Source of the DNA: Eledone cirrhosa
Lineage: Eukaryota
Direction of reading: 5' to 3'
DNA: 64,000 bases
Assembly (NCBI GenBank): GCA_964016885.1
Contig: OZ024752.1
Span: forward strand, 34,658,001-34,722,000
The position numbers and the translations under genes are program-made. The notes beneath the pieces were generated by a model that saw only the letters and a list, made by a program, of their open reading frames with translations, searched no databases and had not been told where the DNA came from. Position 1 is the stretch's first letter. The number at the start of each line of letters is the position of its first letter. Of the stretch, positions 58,845 to 64,000 are shown piece by piece.

Positions 58845-60440
58845 AGTTGTTGCTGTTGTGTTGTTAGTGTTGCTGTTGTTGTATTGTTACTGTTGTTGTT
58901 GTGTTGTTTGCTATTGTTGTTGCTGTTGTGTTGTTGCTGTGTTGTTGTTACTGTTGGTGTTGTTACTGTTGTTGTTGTGTTGTTTGCTATTGTTGCTGTT
59001 GTGTTGTTGTTGTTACTGTTGGTGTTGTTACTGTTGTTGTTGTGTTGAATGCTATTGTTGTTGCTGTTGTGTTGTTGCTGTGTTGTTGTTGTGTTGTTGT
59101 TGTAACTGTTGGTGTTGTTACTGTTGTTGTTGTGTTGTTTGCTATTGTTGTTGCTGTTGTGTTGTTGCTGTGTTGTGTTGTTACTGTTGTTGTTGTGTTG
59201 TTTGCTATTGTTGTTGCTGTTGTGTTGTTGCTGTGTTGTTGTTGTTACTGTTGGTGTTGTTACTGTTGTTGTTGTGTTGTTTGCTATTGTTGCTGTTGTG
59301 TTGTTGTTGTTACTGTTGGTGTTGTTACTGTTGTTGTTGTGTTGAATGCTATTGTTGTTGCTGTTGTGTTGTTGCTGTGTTGTTGTTGTGTTGTTGTTGT
59401 AACTGTTGGTGTTGTTACTGTTGTTGTTGTGTTGTTTGCTATTGTTGTTGCTGTTGTGTTGTTGCTGTGTTGTGTTGTTACTGTTGTTGTTGTGTTGTTT
59501 GCTATTGTTGTTGCTGTTGTGTTGTTGCTGTGTTGTTGTTGTTACTGTTGGTGTTGTTACTGTTGTTGTTGTGTTGTTTGCTATTGTTGCTGTTGTGTTG
59601 TTGTTGTTACTGTTGGTGTTGTTACTGTTGTTGTTGTGTTGAATGCTATTGTTGTGTTGTTGTTGTAACTGTTGGTGTTGTTACTGTTGTTGTTGTGTTG
59701 TTTGCTATTGTTGTTGCTGTTGTGTTGTTGCTGTGTTGTGTTGTTACTGTTGTTGTTGTGTTGTTTGCTATTGTTGTTGCTGTTGTGTTGTTGCTGTGTT
59801 GTTGTTGTTACTGTTGGTGTTGTTACTGTTGTTGTTGTGTTGTTTGCTATTGTTGCTGTTGTGTTGTTGTTGTTACTGTTGGTGTTGTTACTGTTGTTGT
59901 TGTGTTGAATGCTATTGTTGTTGCTGTTGTGTTGTTGCTGTGTTGTTGTTGTGTTGTTGTTGTAACTGTTGGTGTTGTTACTGTTGTTGTTGTGTTGTTT
60001 GCTATTGTTGCTGCTGTGTTGTTGTTACTGTTGGTGTTGTTACTGTTGTTGTTGTTGTTGTGTTGAATGCTATTGTTGTTGCTGTTGTGTTGTTGCTGTG
60101 TTGTTGTTGTTACTGTTGGTGTTGTGTTGAATGCTATTGTTGTTGCTGTTGTGTTGTTGCTGTGTTGTTGTTACTGTTGGTGTTGTTACTGTTGGTGTTG
60201 TGTTGAATGCTATTGTTGTTGCTGTTGTGTTGTTGCTGTGTTGTTGTTGTAACTGTTGGTGTTCTTACTGTTGTTGTTGTGTTGTTTGCTATTGTTGTTG
60301 CTGTGTTGTTGTTGCTGTGTTGGTGTTGTTAGTGTTGGTGTTGTTACTGTTGGTGTTGTGTTGTTAGTGTTGGTGTTGTTACTGTTGTTGGTGTTGTTGT
60401 GTTGTTATAGTTGTTATTGTTGTTGCTGCTGTTGTTGTTG
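58845..60440. repeat. (TTG)n-derived satellite with ~270-300-bp higher-order repeats
   Basis: Identical 78-aa ORF translations at 59109, 59406 and 59672. Confidence 0.9.
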
Positions 60441-60768
60441 TTGTAATATCGCTCCTTGTTCGCAGATGTTTTTGTTTCTGACTCTTGTTTCTGATTTGTG
60501 TTGTTGTTCTTGTTGTTGTTGTTGCCGTACTGTCGTCGGTCGTTGTTGTAACAACATTTCTTGTTCGCTATCTTTATCGTTGTTGTTGTTGTAATTGTTA
60601 ATGTTGTTATTGTTGATGTAAGTATAGTAAAAAATAAATACTTTCTTTACCCATCCCCCACCCCTACCCGGTGTTTCACTTGGGTGGTGGGAATATTTAT
60701 TTTATTTGATCTTATTTTATATTTTCCTTTCATTTTTGAAAAACAAAATGTTTTTCACTTGTTTCATG

Positions 60769-60809
<41 letters not shown>

Positions 60810-61200
60810 TATTTTTTTTATGTGTTCATTTTTCTTTCTTCACTTCTTTTTTTAACGTCTAAATTTGATTTCTCGTTGTCATAGAATTGTCATGAATTCT
60901 CGAATAATGTCGGAATAGAGTCACATTTCATGTGAGTCGAGTGAGAAGCTGAACTCAAAATATCAGATCTGTCATCGTTTAAGTGGGAAGCAACATTTTA
61001 CTGGAGTAAAATTTCAAAGGAACATAAATTCTGTCGGCCTTTTTTAAAAAAAGATATATCAGTGAAATTCCACCACCACCCACCCCGAATATAGTTATAA
61101 ATGAATGAATAAATAAATAAAAGAGAAATAAAAATAGGAAGAAAAAAGTAGGAAGGAAAAGATGTACGAATGGTAGAACTTAAGTGAGGAAAGTAGACAA

Positions 61201-61279
<79 letters not shown>

Positions 61280-61280
61280 T

Positions 61281-62525
61281 GTTTCTTTATTAGCCACAGG
61301 GGCACAAAAGAAGGGGACAAATACAAAGGGGGAAGTTTACATACAATAAAAACGTGTAAAATGTTATCACAAATGCAATTTAAAAATTAGTCGATTTTCC
61401 CCAATAGAGGGAGACAGTTTATATGGGTAACACATACCCCCGAAAAAAATGTGCAACCCTCATCTCCAGGAGTACGAAGATAGATAGATAGATAGATAGA
61501 TATCTTTCTTTATTTGCCACAAGGGCGTACAAGAAATGGGACATTACAAGACGTGACGGCAGGGGTTTTATATGAAATCGTACAAACTTTAACATTAATA
61601 AATAACAATAAACTATATATAAAATAAAATAACAATCGAAAACCCTAATAGGGGGGAACGTTACTGTGAGGTTGTTTTACACCCCCGTAGAGTGAACAAC
61701 CCTCAACACCAGGAACACGTTTTGTAGGGGTTCCCCGTCTTCCCTCTTTTTGTCTTCCTCAGCCTACAAGTTTATATACAGAGAAGGCCCATTCACTCGG
61801 GTCATTTTTGCCACATTCACCCACCTTAGATAGATCAACATAGATAGATAGATAGATAGATTTCTTTATTAGCCACAAGGGCGCAACAAGAAAGGGGACA
61901 ATACAAAGACATGCCGGGGATTTTACATACAGTCGTGTAAAAAATATAAAAACAAACAATTTCAACAATCGAAATCCCCAATAGGGGGGAGGCGCCACAA
62001 ATGGGTTGTTTAATACCCCGTCGATAGAACAACCCTCAACTCGAGGAGCGTGTTGTGCAAGTGCTCCTTTCTTCCTTTTGCTCTCTTCCTCAACCTACAG
62101 GCTTATAAACAGAGAAGGCCCAATCACTCGGGCCATTTTCGCTTCATTCACCCACCTTTCAGTAAATTTACTGGGGTGCGGTGCCTCTCTCTCCACCCTG
62201 ATTCTCCTTCTAAAGTGATACTTAAAGAAGGGAATCAATTGTTGTCCGGAGAGAAAGGCATCTGTCCTCAGTCCTCTCAACCTCGTCCACCATATAACTT
62301 CTTTCACCATAGCCACCGTACAGAGGAAAACCGCCTCTCTTTCGTTTTTGAAAGAGTCTGGCGGTTTGATCCTTACTATGGACTCGGCAGTCAACTGTAT
62401 TTGTCCCATACGCGACAGCAGTTGTTCTGCATAGTTCCACAGGTCGCTTACGCCCGGGCAGTGTACAACTGCGTGCAGAACTGTTTCAATGTCCTGCGCA
62501 CATCTTGGACACGTCCTCTTGGAAG
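61281..62525 (-). mobile_element. Three tandem 5'-truncated L1/Tx1-clade LINE copies (61281-61478, 61504-61826, 61861-62525) in one (GATA)n tract
   Basis: Each ends CTTGTGGC(T/A)AATAAAGAAA-like on the minus strand and is separated by GATA repeats; longest encodes AESIVRI...WWTRLRG...GPSLFISL. Confidence 0.85.
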
Positions 62526-62592
<67 letters not shown>

Positions 62593-62712
62593 CCCTCTGA
62601 GAGATGGGGGCGATAATATAGAATAACAATCCAGTACAAGGATGATTTAATCGACCCTCCCTCCCGCATCCACTTCTTCTTCTTATTCTTCTCCTCCTCC
62701 TTATTATTATTA

Positions 62713-63585
62713 TTGGATTGACAGTATCGGTAGAGGGTCGGACGCCATGCTTTCCAGCATAGTTACGTCCCTTTATGATCTGAGTTCAAATCCCGCCGAG
62801 GTTGACTTTGCCTTTCATCCTTACGGGGTCAATAGAATAAAGTACCAGTAATGCACTGGTAAATTGCTGGCCTTGTGCCTAAAGTAGAAACAATTATAAT
62901 TCCGGGAGAGGGGTTATGGTTGGCATGGTCCTCAAAAACTCCTTCAAAAGCAACTGTCTCCAATTGATCCAGCCCGATCCCCAAGAAAGACGACCCGAGC
63001 TCATGAATGTCATCCAACCATCTTGTTCGGGAATACCCATGGGTCTCCCGTCGGTTGGTTTTGCCCACACAATATGTCCAGCGATTCTTTCCTGAGATAT
63101 TCTAATCACATGTCTACACCCAGAAAAAAACAAGAATGAATTGTTGACCTTATATCTAAATTAGAAATCATTATAACCCTTTGATAGGGCGGTGGATTGG
63201 CAGTATCGGTAGAGGGTCGGACGCCATGCTTTCCAGCAGAGTTACGTCCCTTTACGATCTGAGTTCAAATCCCGCCGAGGTTAACTTTGCCTTTCATCCT
63301 TACGGGGTCGATAAAATAAAGTACCAGTAATGCACTGGGTAATTGCTGGCCTTGTGCCTAAAGTAGAAACAATTATTATTATTATTATTATTATTCCGGG
63401 GATTGGCAGTATCGGTAGAGGGTCGGACGCCATGTTTTGCAGCATAGAGTTACGGCCCTTTATGGTCTGAGTTCAAATCCTGCCGAGGTTGACTTTGCCG
63501 TTCATCATAACGGGGGTCGATAAAATAAAGTACCAGTAATGCACTGGGTATTTGCTGGCCTTGTGCCTAAAGTAGAAACAATTAT
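62713..63585 (+). mobile_element. Three main-family SINEs; the last two are enclosed by a 15-bp direct repeat
   Basis: ATTATAACCCTTTGA at 63170-63184 and 63581-63595. Confidence 0.9.
62920..63130 (-). pseudogene. RTE-clade LINE ORF C-terminal relic
   Basis: RHVIRISQERIA...WAKPT.GRP...RTRWLDDI across frameshifts. Confidence 0.6.
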
Positions 63586-63924
63586 AACCCTTTGAAGGTA
63601 ACCAGTGAGGTAACGTTTGCATGGTTGGGTAGCCTGCTAGAAATACCAGCTAAATCCTCTTTCAGATCACACCGTTGTCCCAAACAACAATTGCTGGAGT
63701 TATCACGATATTCGAGACCATTCTTATATTTACTCACTCATTCGAATTCATTCTTGTTATCTACATAAATATTTACAGTCTATAAAGCACTAATACTATA
63801 TTCAAAGACCTTATATTTTTATTGGAGTCGGGGGAAAATAGACATTGACACACATACACACGTATATATATATATACATACATACACACACAAATATATA
63901 TATATATATATACATACACACACT

Positions 63925-63973
<49 letters not shown>

Positions 63974-64000
63974 AGAGAGAGAGAGAGAAAGAGAGAGAGA

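Noticed and set aside
58549-60066. 505-aa Cys/Leu/Val-rich ORF
   Set aside because: Translation of a (TTG)n satellite
63187-63280. SINE heads as functional tRNA genes
   Set aside because: A and B boxes are present, but they run into a SINE body and tail without a canonical cloverleaf

Overview
AT-rich, microsatellite-dense animal DNA with no supportable host protein-coding gene; almost all listed ORFs are translations of simple repeats. The SINE families and repeat density suggest a cephalopod (Octopus-like) intron or intergenic region (inference). Contents: dozens of tRNA-derived SINEs, RTE-type LINE relics, Tc1/mariner and hAT-type MITEs, and TE-derived minisatellites. Two less obvious systems stand out. 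(1) Seven small-element families carry complete or 3'-half type I hammerhead ribozyme (HHR) motifs, lie mostly in (TA)n tracts and often have Penelope-like inverted ends. One is a 591-bp tandem retrozyme-like array (54916-56678) with three HHRs bearing a compensatory U3-A8 core. Some element junctions fall at or beside the predicted self-cleavage site. (2) Six 5'-truncated L1/Tx1-clade retrotransposon copies all lie in (GATA)n tracts in the same orientation, which suggests microsatellite targeting. All folds and coordinates were read by eye.
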